A stretch of 57,210 nt of DNA, the filler included, from Trypethelium eluteriae (taxonomy: Eukaryota), in NCBI GenBank assembly GCA_051942245.1. It is 2 parts of 2 records of this genome, joined end to end, with 100 filler letters (N's around TTAATTAATTAA, not from the genome) between each part and the next. Parts side by side here need not be neighbours in the genome. Positions count along the whole stretch, not along the records: positions 28,695 to 57,210 come from JAVECL010000309.1; 1 more part is not named here. The stretch is one strand, 5' to 3'. Shown here one piece after another: positions 38,091 through 51,718 of this stretch (positions are counted from its first letter, which is position 1; the number at the start of each line of letters is the position of its first letter). The notes beneath the pieces are model-generated. The model saw only the letters and a program-made list of their open reading frames with translations, made no database searches and was not told the DNA's origin. The translations under genes were made by a program, and so were the position numbers.

Positions 38091-41000
38091 CCGCTTCCTG
38101 GTGCAGGCCGTGTATCTTCACCGCTTTACCTGTCTCACAGAGTCTTGGTTCCTGCATGCAGATGAGGTGCGTCAGTGAGAGAGTACCTGCAGGCTCAGGC
38201 AAGCTAAGGATTGATGCAGGAGAACCCTGATCAACGCGAATTTCTCAAAAGCTTCAGCAGATCCCACGTGTCTTGTATCCACAGTTGGTGGCAAATCAGG
38301 CTTGGGTCTCTTTAGTGTTCAGAGAGAGTTGCTCTTCAGAGGTATTGTCCAGTATCGAGGACTGATGTTGGAGTTTACAGACCAAGATGAGGTCTAGCTT
38401 TTGCTTTAACATTGACTGGAGATCTCTAGCAGTGCAGAATGGACGAAAGGGACTCCAGAATATACACTGTCAACCAGTCATCCTCACTATTCTTTACCAA
38501 GCAAGTAATCGCGGCTTCTCTCACCAATCGAAGGGGACAAACGCGTCAATTAATGCCACGCCACAACGAAAAAACGCAAATGACCTCCCACGGCCGTAGG
38601 GCCGCCCTCGGTATGTTCCCACCCAACAGTTGTCCTCCTGAACAGACACAAACAAGCTAACAATGAGGCGATACCGGTGTAGATGAGTCAAGATATTGAA
38701 GAGAACAAGACCGATACGGATCTGGCGCCTTTATTCTGATCAGGAAACCATAATACCCAACTAGCGTCTCAAGAACGCTTGCCCGCCCAGCCCTCAGAAT
38801 TCAGAGCACTTTGAGCCGATAATGCTGGGAAATCTTCTCGGGACATGAGGGGGTTGTTTAATAAGATGTCTAATTCGTTTGACCATCGTCCAGTGAGCTC
38901 AGACTTGTAATGGGAGACTTTCGGGTAGTTTTCCGCTGCCCTGCCCGTTGCCGGAGCTGCCGTGCTTTAGACTGGACCGTCAATACCCATCAGATGTGGA
39001 AGACTCAGACTTAGAAAGAACCCTACTCGGACAACGAAATACCACCACATGTAGTCTCCTTGGCATCAAGTCAGAGACTTTAAGAGTCCGAGATTTTATA
39101 TTCTTCACTTTGGAGATTTCAACCCTTGTCTTGTACTTCAACATACGCTCTTGGGCCATACCCATATTTTGATATGTGAAAATCTCATTGAATTTGCTTT
39201 ATACGGTTTCATGCAGTAGCTCCCGCCTGCTCGCATATGTCTCGCAGATGCTGTACATATCCGGCAAAGTGTCTGCGGGACTCCACGTCTGGCACTACGC
39301 AAAGCTTGAAGTGTGTGGGCCCGACCCACTTAGTTGACAGCTTCGTTACACTAACGGCGGCTTGGGCTTTTTCTTCAGCAGCCAGATTACAGCCACGCTT
39401 CGTTTGTCGCCTCTTGGAAGTCATATGGACCGGCCTCAATTGTGGGGCTTCTTGTTGGCACAGATTGTGTAGTGAGGGGTTCCCGCTTTGAGGGAGATGA
39501 CCTCTACGGGGATTGCCGGCAGTCGGGATGACGCAGATCTGGCCTGAGGGCCAGGAATCCAGGGCGGCAGCAGGACCTACAGCGTTTGTAGGCCAACTCT
39601 GGGAAGAGGCTAGACCAGGGAAGAACAGTCATTTATCGGTGGCGACGCGATTTTCGACAGGGAAAGCCATGTGCCCAGACCTTGTACACATCTGGCATGC
39701 GCGCAGTCCTCGTTGTCATCCCAACCGGACCAGGTCTTCTGCATGGTGAACCAGACGACCTACATGCCATGCTCCTCATTCACACAGTGGTATCAAGTGA
39801 TGGTAATTTAAGACCATGTGTTTACGGTTGTTTGCAGATTCGCTTGCGCACCACTTGCAGTCAATCTACATCCTCTCTCAAACTGATCACTGTTTCAGGC
39901 TTGGAAGCTGCATTCGTGGCTGCGAAATGGCTCGGCTCATTCCTGCAAGCCCGCAAAAGCTAGAGACTTTGCAGAGACGTTACGATCACTCCACTTATCT
40001 TGATGGCTAAGACTTCGGAACGATAGCCGATACCAAACGGAGGAGCATGGACAAGGCCGACGTTGGCGCTACGCTGGTCAAGAATCATCAGCATTCATCA
40101 AGGTGCCCTGGCAATCGTCATACGCATCGAAATTGTTTTACGTACCTCTGATATAGCCTAGGTTCAAACTCTGAAATCCATCATCTCTTGTCATCATACA
40201 GAGATGCATTTCTGCCACACAACCACAGTTCCAGTCCAAGGCCATCGCCACCAGGGAAATCTAAGAGGGTGAAGAGCATGTGGACCAGCAATACGTGACC
40301 AAGGAAAGTTCAGGAATGATGGATCAAAGCTCACGGAACTTAATGTTGATTTTCTCGAATATGGATTGATCCCGTAGCCCTGCGCCAGTGCGCCAGTGCG
40401 CATGGTCGCTTTTGTGGCACATATCACAAGCAAGGTATTCCTAGCTAAGATCCACGCCCAGTGTGTACTGTCAGACCTTTTGCGATTTGATCAATCTTCT
40501 ACTTGTAGCTCTGACAGACAAGCGAACCGCACGCGCGAGACTTTGCCATCTCGGTCCGCGTCCCTACATTACGGTAGTGCATAGATCTGCCTGAGCATCT
40601 TGTCGCTCTCTGCATCATTTACTAGAAAGTAGTCGTCAAGGTATCTCGATGTGTGTAGACCTCATCATTCTCCAATGCAGACAAGTACTCAACATATGAA
40701 GTATGCATGGGGTACAGACTCGGGCCACGCGGTGCTGATTCCCTCCAGATCTCCTGACAGATGACCTTCCAAGGCTCGATTATTATGTTACATGGATTAG
40801 GTCTGGTCTTCCATCACTCTGCGCATGTAAGCCTCAACTATGGATGGTCTCGTCGCTTGCGAAGTCTAGAGCATCAACTGTTGGCTTATCTTTAAAGTTT
40901 TCTTGCAACTGTCGCATCCATTAACCTCATCGTAGGCTTTTGGGTCTACTCATGATTTTCTCGACCTGACTATCACGTCGGTTCTTCTGAATCGATTCAC

Positions 41001-41771
41001 CAAAGCGGGGGATCCGCTTAGGGACCTTCGATGTTGTGATTCTTGGATTGAGTTGCTCTTACCCAACGAATGCCATCCATTACAGCACACAAAGATAAAG
41101 GTTGACTTAACGTCACAGAACATTGGAAATATCCAGTCTGGAGTCCGTTTTCCATGTCCCTGATTGTTCAGCATAATAACTTTGTAAGGTCGATGGTTTT
41201 TTTGCTCACGTGGCAGGAGTCCAAGTGTCAAAGTTCTGCCGCGGAATTCATGAACCTTAGCCCTTCTGGTTCAACACCTTACGATCAAAAAGCTTAAACA
41301 AGTATGATCGGTTAGACTAAGTAGTACGAAGTGAACCAGAAAGCAATGCAGCAATACTGCTTTCTTTTCACGACTTGGAATGAATACCATAATCAACTTC
41401 AGAGGCGTGGCATTGGCCAAGCCTACTTTCTCCAATAATGTCCTCAAGCATCGCGTCAGCACCGTTCATTTCTACGGTTAGTTCGATACATTGACTTTCT
41501 GCCTGGACTCAACCCACCATTTGCTGATAGAAGTTGCCCATTTGTATTTCGCCTAGATCAAGCCTTCCTTGTTAAGCCAGTCCATTACTGTCACAGCTGC
41601 GGCACCTTACTGATCATCTATCCCCTAATGAGTATAAGAATCCCTCCAGACTCCCGTAAATCAAGCCAGACAACCGCCTAGTTTCGCGTTTATCTCTAAG
41701 GCAGCAGTCCTGCACCGAGATTGAGTAATCTAATACGACGATTACACATACTATTCGAGAGATTGAACAGC

Positions 41772-43168
41772 ATGTCTGACACAAGGCGACCGTTCGACGC
41801 TACTCCTTCACCTCGCTCCACGAAGATGGGCTCTTTGAGAACCACTCACTCAGAACTCCGATCTAGCTTATCTGAGTACCCACATGATGTCCAATTCTCC
41901 GCAAGTGTGGCTCGAGGACCGGCCTCTGTCAACTTTTCCCGGCCGTCAGTGCTTCCGGATACGAATCTGAATCCTGACCTTCTTGACCTCGAAAACGCCA
42001 TGCCATTCTTGGACTCCGCGTTGTCGGAAGCCATCGATAAATCTGCCTCAATGGAGCCAGAAGACAGACTTCACGTCCAGTGGATGCAGCGTCGGTTTTC
42101 CTACACGCCCGCGAGAAATTCAATGAACCCACACGGTCAAAGACAAACGCGCTCTAATGTCAGACATATATCACTGAGCCATAGCCAGCAGCTAGATATA
42201 TGGACTATACCTTGCGATGGCTTTGGTGGTCTTCGCAACCGTCCATATACCTATTTTTACACAAGAAGTTCCCTCCCAGAAGATGCGTTTTATCTGGGAG
42301 AAGATGTAAGTAAGGACGAGAAGCAAGGCACAGTCGCACGTGATGAAGAGCAAAATGTAGAGAAAGAGACTGACGAAAAGGAGGAACAGAAAGATAGTGG
42401 CACGGAAGACCACAAGCAGGGAGAGGGCAACAATGAGGACAGAAGAGATCATGATGATCGCGGAGGCGACGGAGGTCAGCACCATCTAGAGCTTAGACGA
42501 CACGATGAGCATGGCAACGACAGGGACGATAGCGGCAGAGATAGCCCCCCGTCCACTCCAAATCAAGTACAGACTTGAACTCAACGAAGTGCGGGAGATT
42601 TCGCGCAGGTTATAGCCATGATCACTATTTCAAGAAGCCGCCCGCCTCTCTAGCCCCTGGAATGGAGGTGTACGCCGGCTGGGGCTCCAAGGACGTGCAC
42701 GCGCTCTCAGAGCCGCCGAGAACTTGCCAAGGCGGAGCTAGACACGCTGTGTCAAGAGGCTCTCTTGAAAGGAGACGTAAGCAGGCAGCGGATTCTCGGA
42801 TCCTCGGATCAGAGTACAAAAAGCGAATGCAAAGGCAGCTGCCTTTTCAGGCTGCTGTTGACAATGTCGTTCAGGACGTCCAAGAAGACATCAAGCCTCT
42901 TGAACGCTTTGGGCCCGTCGTGGGGCCCCAGAGAGAGGTTTCGAGTCGCTTTGATGATCTCATCCAGGGTAAGAAGGCTGAGATTCGGGGACCAGATCAT
43001 CGTGACGAAGAATTCGGTGATCATGGCTCATTGAATGGTTTGAAAGATGTTGCCGGCGATCAGAGTTGTCCTCCTAGCAAAGCGTGGCCAACCCACCAAA
43101 CTCACGGAGCCGTAATGACAGAGCAGAAGATCCGAAGGAGATCAGAGTCAGAAGGATGTTGGGGTTGA
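41772..43168 (+). CDS. Hypothetical low-complexity, charged protein encoded by two overlapping ORFs (41772-42578 and 42575-43168)
   Basis: Long stop-free frames with an acidic/His-rich tract. No recognisable domain, and the junction between the two ORFs is unresolved. Confidence 0.35.
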
Positions 43169-44636
43169 GACTTGCTGTCGCAGAACTTTCTACGAAAACG
43201 TCACACGGTATACCCTGTAAGGTCCGCTAGATTAGAGTATTGCTCATTCTCGTAGAAAGCAAGCGTGACGAGGAGAACAGGACATTTGGGACAAGCGCTT
43301 CTGAACGAAACAGTTCCCTAAGCATTTTTGATTTATTCCTTTAGTCTTTAGTAGACTTAGCTAGACTCAGGATCAATCGCAGTGGCTGTATCCCTTACGC
43401 TGGTGGGCTATTGCGCACGGACTTAATATCACGTCATGTGCAAAAACCCACGACACCAGCGCAGGGGATACAAAAGGTTGGCTTCGATTAGGGTCATAGC
43501 ATCAGTGGAACCAACAGAATCTTACAGTAGGATGGCCTAAATAATTATGATTTATTCACGAATATGCAATAATTCCGAAGTTTAGGCAGACCCTCTCCAA
43601 TTTAGTAAAACCCCCGGTGCTCCCCCTTAAAATTGCCGCTTTCCTTAAAGTGTTCCACGCGCCCAACCTTTTTTTTTAACGATGTTCCTTCCCGAGCTGT
43701 GTTCTTTTGCGCCTACTCTTGGTTTGACTGTGGGATTAGCATCTCATTCCAGACCAGTCCGACTCAGCGTTAGCTATTCAGATGAAATATTCATCGCATA
43801 TCATTGGTGCTAATGAATCCCTGTCGGTCTTTCTGGTGAAAGGACTGACTGGAAACCAGCCAACCGTATGAAAATCATTTCGAGATCTTTCAATATCTCT
43901 GAATATGAGTCTTTCGTTACATGTTTGCTTCCCGGTCATAATTCCGTGGCTTTAGACCAATGTGCCAGTGTGGCACCCATGACGGCCTGCCGCCTATCTA
44001 TTTGATCCGATGACGCGCTGCTTTGTTGCTCATACTTACACGAATGATGACCTCAAAATGGCATGTCTGGCCTGGCCAATTACTTGTCTCTGTTCCATGG
44101 ACACTGGCTCAGAAACAGCAGCAGTCGTGTAATGTGGGAGTACAACTGCGGCGGCCCGCATACGAGCCGGATTGACGGCACTGATCGCCAAAGACCTGTG
44201 ATGAAGTTGCAAGGAGCTCGCGGAGCACACTGATCCCTCCTATTCCTAGCTAGGACGAAGACTTTTTCTTCTGCGCGCTCTAGAGAATCTTCGGAGATAC
44301 ACAAGAGAAACGTTCGCCGTCTTTGACCAAGGCGAACTTTTATATGACTCAGTTACAATATCACCTTACCGCAAGGCGTGACTAGGGGATTCCCACCTTC
44401 TATCTGACTGGTCTGTCTCGGGAAACACAAAGCCGTAACTCATTGAACTCCCCTTCAATATTGCCGTGGCGATGTGCTGTAAGTGAAACCCCAGCAGCAA
44501 GCATCCGCAGGGCTTGACAAGCACAATGAAAAGACTTGACCATGAAACTTACTACCGTCAGGTGGTCCCTTTGGAGAATGCCAGTCACGGCTGAATCGTA
44601 CTTGCACTTGTGCCAAATGTTGTTCTACTTGTCATA

Positions 44637-47459
44637 ATGGATCCACTAACAGCTCTGAGCGTTACATCCTCAACCCTCCAAATAGTCGACTTTGGAGCAA
44701 AAGTGTTGGGAGAGGCTTACGAGATATACCATTCCAGAGACGGGACTACAGCGGCGCACACTGAGCTGAAGAACCAGGTTCGGCATTTGCGTAGTCTGTG
44801 TGAGGCTCAGACCCAAACCGATGCATCTACACCTTTGTCACTGCAAGAGCAAAAACTCGAGCAACTTTGTCGGAATAGCAATCTGATTGCTGATGAGCTT
44901 CTTGGCTTCCTAGAAGATATCACATCACGGAAGGCGAATAGCATATTGGGAAGCCTCTCCGCATCTCTGAAAGGGAGATCAGGGCGTGGGAGGATTGCAT
45001 CGCTTCGTCGCAAACTAGACGAACAGAAAATACTCATCAGCATGCGACTGCTTAATGTAATCAAGTATGAATACTCATTTTGATTATGAGTATACCAAAT
45101 GCTAATCAAATGAACACCCTAGTGATCGCAATTCAAGCGTCATGCGAGCCGTTAAGAAACTTACAAGCGCAGTTACACTGATATGTCTAGCATACATGCC
45201 AAGTTAGACAGTTTAAAGGATCACATACATTCCGCAGACTCGGATGGCCTCTGCTGCACAGTTTCAAATCAACAGCTTCGACAATCGATCCAAGATGTGT
45301 CTACGAGTATGCGAAGAGCGGACATGGTAAATCAGGTGCTTTCAAGTCTGGAGTTCGAAACCATGGAGTCCCGACGCGATGCAGTGACAGAAGCTCACTC
45401 ACAAACCTTTGGTTGGATTCTTGAAGAAGGTCGACGGCGCGATATGCCAGAAGTACGCTTTCTGGACTGGCTTCGGTGGGAAGGTGGTATCTATTGGATA
45501 TCCGGAAAACCAGGATCTGGAAAATCCACATTGATGAAATACCTCTGCGATCAGGAACGAACGAACAAGACACTAGAGGAATGGGCAAACCCCGGTCGCA
45601 TCATCATTGGCCACCATTTTTTCTGGGATGCTGGATCGCAAATGCGAAAGTCACAAGAAGTCTTGCTTCAGACCTTGCTGTTCCAAATCTTTTGTCAATA
45701 TCCTGAATTGATTTTCAAGGTGGTGCCTATACGAGGCAAGCCAGGATATGACGCACTTGGGCACAGGCAGCGATGGACACGAGCCGACCTAATGCACAGT
45801 GTAATGGCCTTGAAAAATCAGGAGCTCATCTGCTCAACAGAAGCTGTGCGATTCTGTTTCTTTATTGACAGCCTGGACGAGTTCCAAGGAGCCCACCAAG
45901 AGATATGTGAGATGTTGCAGAACATGGCGTATTGTGACCACATAAAGCTATGCATATCTAGTCGACCCTGGCCTGTGCTCCGGAATGCATTCGGCAAAGA
46001 CCGTACCCGTACACTCTGTTTACAAGATATCACCCGAAGGGATATTAAGCTGTTCGTCGAAGACAAACTCGGAGCAGATGAAAGATACATTCTACTGAGA
46101 CAGCAAGAACATATTCATGTAAATCTTGCAAAAGAGGTTACGAGAAAGGCGCAGGGGGTCTTCCTTTGGGTATCCTTGGTCGTGAATGAACTTTTGGACA
46201 GTCTTCAGAATTGCGACACAGTTAAAGACTTACTGACAAGACTTAGAGGTGTTCCTCCAACACTGACAGGATACTATGGTGGAATGATCGACAACATTCA
46301 TCCTTTCTATCGGAGGAAAGCATCACAAACTCTCCTCCTCCTTTTGCAATCGAGAGCGATAAATTTGCCTCTCTTGGCTCTTTCGACATTGGATGATGAG
46401 ACATATGATGACGATGACAACAGTACCCACGTCTCTCCATTCTCAGAAGCGGACCTGAAATTGGCAGCATCAAACTTACGTACTCGCTTACACGGGCGTT
46501 GTAAGGACCTCATTGAAATAGACCAACTTTCAGCGCCTTCGAAAACTGCTATTCTGCAGATCGGAGTCCGGTTTTCTCATCGGACAATGGTCGACTTCTT
46601 GCAAGGTCAGACCGTACACGACAAGCTGAGAAGTGACAGTGGACCAGAGTTTGATGCCTTGTCTACACTTCTCAGAGGCTGTCTACTATACTTGAAGCGC
46701 TTGCCCAGTGATGACGGAAGCTGGGATATGCCCTGTCTCAGGGATATTTTCTTTAACAGCATCGAACGGGTTATAGATATCGCACAGTATAAGCAGCTGT
46801 TGTACGGAAAAGTTGAGTCCACCTTGCTTACGCAACTCGACCGTGTAGCTTCTTGGTGGTATCAAGATGATCACCCATGGAAAGGAATGTATCAGCGTGA
46901 AGGACCATACCGACGTACTCCAGGGCAAGATTACTTGGCAATATTAGCTGGATGGGGCCTGGAGTCATTCATCAAACAGCGAATCGAAGCGAATCCACTA
47001 TTATGGGAGCACCTGTCAGCCAGGCTTTTGCTCTATCATGCGACAACATACGCACAGCGTCCTACACTTGTTTTATATCTTTTACAAAAGGGTGCTAGTC
47101 CCAACGAAGAGGTACAGGAACTCCTTGGAGAACCACACCAATCTGTATGGCAACTGTACATGAACTACCTCCGAGCATCAAAGTATGGACGCACGCTTCA
47201 TCCCTCGCCCTTGGAAAAGCAGATTTGCGTTGCAAAGCTCCTCATTGAAGCCGGAGCGGAACCTCGACCCTTGCTAAATGAAGTCATTGGTTCACGATAT
47301 CGTGACTTGCAAGGAGAGTTTCCAGAAGGAGGCATGATGACGACGGTAGAAGCCTTAATTGAAGTTTTTGGAGATGAAGATGGAAATTACTTGGTGAAGC
47401 TGTTCGAAGGTGAAGATTCTGATCCCGGAAGATTTGAAGGGTGGTTCGACAATGATTAG
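44637..47459 (+). CDS. Fungal NLR-like STAND protein: SesA/fungal N-terminal domain + NACHT NTPase + helical and degenerate ankyrin-like C-terminus; frame problem after intron 1
   Basis: MDPLTALSVTSSTLQIVDFGAKVL N-terminus, EAHSQTFGWI, Walker A WISGKPGSGKSTLMK, Walker B FCFFIDSLDEF, KLCISSRPW, KAQGVFLWVSLVV, FSHRTMVDFL, and ankyrin-like LLQKGASPN and LLIEAGAEP. Donor GTATGA at 45065. Confidence 0.85.
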
Positions 47460-47710
47460 GCCTCTAACTGCGGACTTTTGCCGAGCCATATCGAGATGAT
47501 GGATGTGCCCTGACTTAACACAGTATACTACCAGCGCCTATCTTTAGTACGAGAGTGATTACTGTGAACATACTTACTTCAGTTGTAGTAAACGAGTCTT
47601 GTGTGACTAAGTCACTGTACAAATACGCATGCCAGGCCGATGCATTCTCAACGGCCTTTACCATTAATTACAAATTAAAGCTCTTCTCCCGTCTCTTGTA
47701 TACCCGTCTC

Positions 47711-49614
47711 CTAATTCCTCACCACATAGCTTTGCGCATGGAAGAAATCGCACCGCGCATCTGCATCAAAATCCGGCGTCGCCCCAATCATCGTATAGTT
47801 CACATCCAGAATATTCAACGAGCCCGTACTTGCGTTACCACCCGCGCCGCCCGCCGCCGCATAGTACGCCGGCCAATTCGGCTTCGGCGTCCCAGAGTAA
47901 TTCACCTGATTCGGGTCCAGGTTCACGGCAAAGCTGATGAAGTAGTCGCGCAGGATCCGGCCAAGCGTCGCATTGTTGCTGTCGTCGGCGCCCGGATCTG
48001 AGAGCAGGAACGGCTGCGTTGCGCCGTGCTGCTCGCTGCCCGCGTTCATGAGCAGTTTGTAGACGGGCAGGCCCGCGCCGGAGACCGCGGTCGCCATGTA
48101 GTAGGTCGGGCAGGAGATGATGAAGTCGCCGTAGATGGTTTGGCGCTGGTAGAAGGTCGAGTTGAAATCGGAGGCTGGGTAGAGCTCGTAGAGGCGGGCA
48201 AAGAATTCGGGCGTGGCGGTCGGGAAGACGGCGTTCAGATCGGCGGTCTCGAGGTCGATGCCCACTTCGGATTGGTTGCTGAAGTAGGTGCCTTCGTAGC
48301 CGTCGTGGTCGACCAAAAGAGGGACTTTGGCGAAGTGGCCTTGCTTGAATTCATTGGACGGGAGATCGCGGATGACTGAGCCATCGACCGAGGGGCCATA
48401 GTAGAAGTCGCCATAGCCATAGATGGACGAGATGCTTTCGGGAACGTAGCCGGCGGTGTAGGTTTGCTGCGTTGCATTTTTGAGTTCGTCCTCGGAAAGC
48501 GCCCGCAGGCAGGTGAGATCATTACATCCCGACGCTGTCAGTAGTTCCTGATACTGATCTTCGAGGATGGAATCATTATGGAACGGCTGCCACCAAGGAT
48601 ATTCTTCAGAAATTTAGCTATGTTGGCTCACAATAGATTGGGTCGACGCATTGCTTACCAGCAACACCAGCTCTGAAAGGCGGGTTTGAAACCCCACCAT
48701 ACAGAATCATCTGGCTCATTACAGAACCTCCACCAGCACTATTTCCCCAGATGGTGACGCGTGCCGGATCACCACCGAAGGCCGTAATATGCCTCTGAAT
48801 CCATTCGAGTGCAGATCTTTGGTCCAAAAGCCCAGCGTTGGCATTTCCATTGTCTCGAACCTCTTCTGAGGACAAGAAGCCATATGCACTGAGCCGATAC
48901 TGAATTGAAACCCAGATTAAGTTGCCGTTGGAGGAGTTGACCTCACCAAAGCCCTGGTAAGCTTCCGAGGAACCTTGGTCGTAACCTATCCTTTTGTGAG
49001 CAATTCAATGTCTCTTTTGTCTCGGAAAATTTGGAATTCATACCTCCGCCATGAATGAAAGCTACGACCGGCAGAGAGGATGAAACTGGGTTACTGGGTT
49101 TCAGGACATCTAGGAGCAGGCAGTCTTCGCTTCCTGTCGGCTCTCCTGGAGATGTGCCATTGGTGTACTGCCATGCTGGTGTCCCCTGAACGCATTCAGG
49201 GCCCGCTTGTGAAGCATCTATTACTTGCGTATTGGAATAATTATTCTTGGCTTCAATGTCCTGGGGTGCCCGCCAGCGTAAATCACCGACCGGGACTTGA
49301 GCATAGCGAATTCCAAACCAGTAGTCCACGCTATTCGAATTGAGTAAACAGTATGCTCAAATTGAGCAGCAAGAAGCTTGCTTACCCATAATTTATTCCA
49401 CTAACACCAACATTAGCGTGTCGTCAATGGTTTTTTTGTGAACCAAAACTTGGAATATACGACAAGATACGCAGAGATAGCTAGAAGAGAAATGAAGCTA
49501 TACGTACCCCTGATATTTAGCATATCCCAGATCGACCACCGATCCGTTTGTCTGCCCGGCGACACCACAGCCCAAAGACAAGAAACTTGCTGCAATTAAG
49601 AATCGGCCGTGCAT
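47711..49614 (-). CDS. Secreted type-B carboxylesterase/lipase (alpha/beta hydrolase), multi-exon, including a 15-nt microexon
   Basis: Signal peptide MHGRFLIAASFLSLGCGVAG, VDLGYAKYQG, WFGIRYAQ..GDLRWRAP, SEDCLLLDV, FIHGGG, IQYRLSAYGFL, nucleophile WGNSAGG, YEGTYF (Glu) and QHGAT (His). Confidence 0.93.
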
Positions 49615-51718
49615 TCTGCCAGATCTTGGTCTATTACAAGGTCCGGGAGTCTTGTTCCAAAGTTCACGGCGGCCTTCGACGTTTTAGAGATGCGAGGGAC
49701 AAGGCCGAATAAGTCCATGACGGAGTACGAGCCATTTTTAACTTTTTTTGCCAGGAACGCATTTTAGACAGCGGTGTTAACGGGGCATATGAGAAGCGGC
49801 TAAGATGCGTGGGCCGGCCGGCAGCTAGAGAACGGGCCTAAGGCTGCAGAGTGCAGGGATGGCACTGATGATCTTTTGCGACTCGCGGGATGTTATTACA
49901 TATGGAGTCAGTCCCCGTGCGCTGAGTACAAGCTATGCCTGGTGTTGGATCCGTGACTCGGTCATGACGGCAGAGCCAATTGATCCTTCCGACGAGCCGC
50001 GTGAATTCTCGTCCGCCTCAGAGACGGAACCATTGAGCTGAGCGAGTGGAAGAGCTAGAACGCAGCCTTGAGACATGCAGAAAGGAGAATTCGAGGCAAC
50101 AATGACGAAGACGGTTGGAAGGACGTAATGGAACTTTCCAACTTCCCCGCAGTGCCGGGGACGGCCTGCATCACCGCTTCTCTCAGCCGCAGGTCGCAGT
50201 GTTTGGGTCCGCAGAACCTCAACGGGCATCCGCTAATACCAAAGCTTCAGTCGCATTAGCCCTTGTCCGGAAGATTGATTACGCTCATTCACGATTAGCT
50301 CCAGGATAGTAAATCTGGGGCAGAGACGTCACCAACAAGCTCGCTATCTACGGTCTCCCAAAGAAGGCGTCTCAAAAGAAATGAGGTGCAGTAAACAAGC
50401 ATGCTGACAAACTCCATTTCTCCCACAATGCAAATTAGGAATCTCCAAATTACCTGTCATTGGATTTGTCTCAGAGCCGTTCCAGAACTCTTCTAATCTC
50501 CGAGTCCTTGAATGATCATGTTCATGCTGCACTTCTTGATGCCGCCTAATGTATTCTCACTGGTCGAGCTTAGTGAACGGTGCACCGCAGCACCCTTAGA
50601 TACTTCAGGTTCAGAGCTGTCGGGCTTCATTAATCCGTCCTGACATGACGTCTTTGTGGCATAACGCGGGCGAACTCTATTTGCAAGTGAGGTCGGCCAC
50701 CGTCGGCAGTGGACATTAATAAGCTATACACGGGAGATCAACCAGTTCTTTACCTCCGTACATGACATGGTGACATGGTAAGATATATAGTAGAGACGCC
50801 AGTCTAATCTCGCATTCGCTAGGAATCTCACTCCCGTCTCGTACACGGTCGATCTAGGAGGTAGGTGACGACCTGGGCGTCGGTTGCCGAAGTAAATTTC
50901 CTTCAGTCGTATTAAACCCGGGCGAAAATGAAGACCGATCAAGAGCGGGAATTAGAACCAAAAGGTAATTCTCGGATGCTTAATTTCCCTTGTAGTCGAG
51001 CCTGTGATCATAATGTAGAGCTCCGAGATCTTGACCATGACTTACTGCGAAATGCTCAAGGAAACTTGATGGATAGTCTGCAAGTGCTCGTACTCTGTCG
51101 GGGTAGTCGGCGTTTAGAGGGCAGCTATGTTTCGAAGCCGTGCGTTCTTATCAGCTAGTGTAATATTTCTTTACTCCAAACCCCAGTCGGAATTTTCATT
51201 AGCAAGATTTCCTAAATTTACTCTACAAGTCACCAAGCATTGCCTTCACGTATCTTCGGATTTGGATGCTATAAGCTCTGACGGGCGATCCTCAAACTGA
51301 GACCGAATCTCACGACTGAAGCTTCCTACCCATGAATTTGTCTGGCTCGTTTGTAGCGGGAACTCAATCAAGGCTCACTCGGACTAATTGATTCCTCAGT
51401 TCACCGCACAAAGTCGTCAACATAAGCTGTGTTTACCAGCACAATCATGAAGCACGGTACACAGACTATGCTGGCTCACCCAGGATTCGTTCTCACGTCG
51501 CAAAGCAAACATGAACATAATAGTCTGAGAGACGAATTCCTTGTCTACAGTGTCCTATCTCTAGAGCGAGTCGCACACCGGCATCAAAGACATATATGGT
51601 CCCGAAGGACATCAAGGATTGCCAAACGCCACTGCTTTCTATCGTACCAGCCAGAATGCATAATGAATCAACCCTTGCTTGTATTATACAAGAAAGAGAA
51701 ACACCTGCTACTTTGTGT

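Noticed and set aside
38948..41462. Scattered 60-95 aa ORFs between the Myb-like gene and the hypothetical ORF
   Set aside because: No motifs or consistent exon chain. They may be remnants, but the sequence does not support a call.
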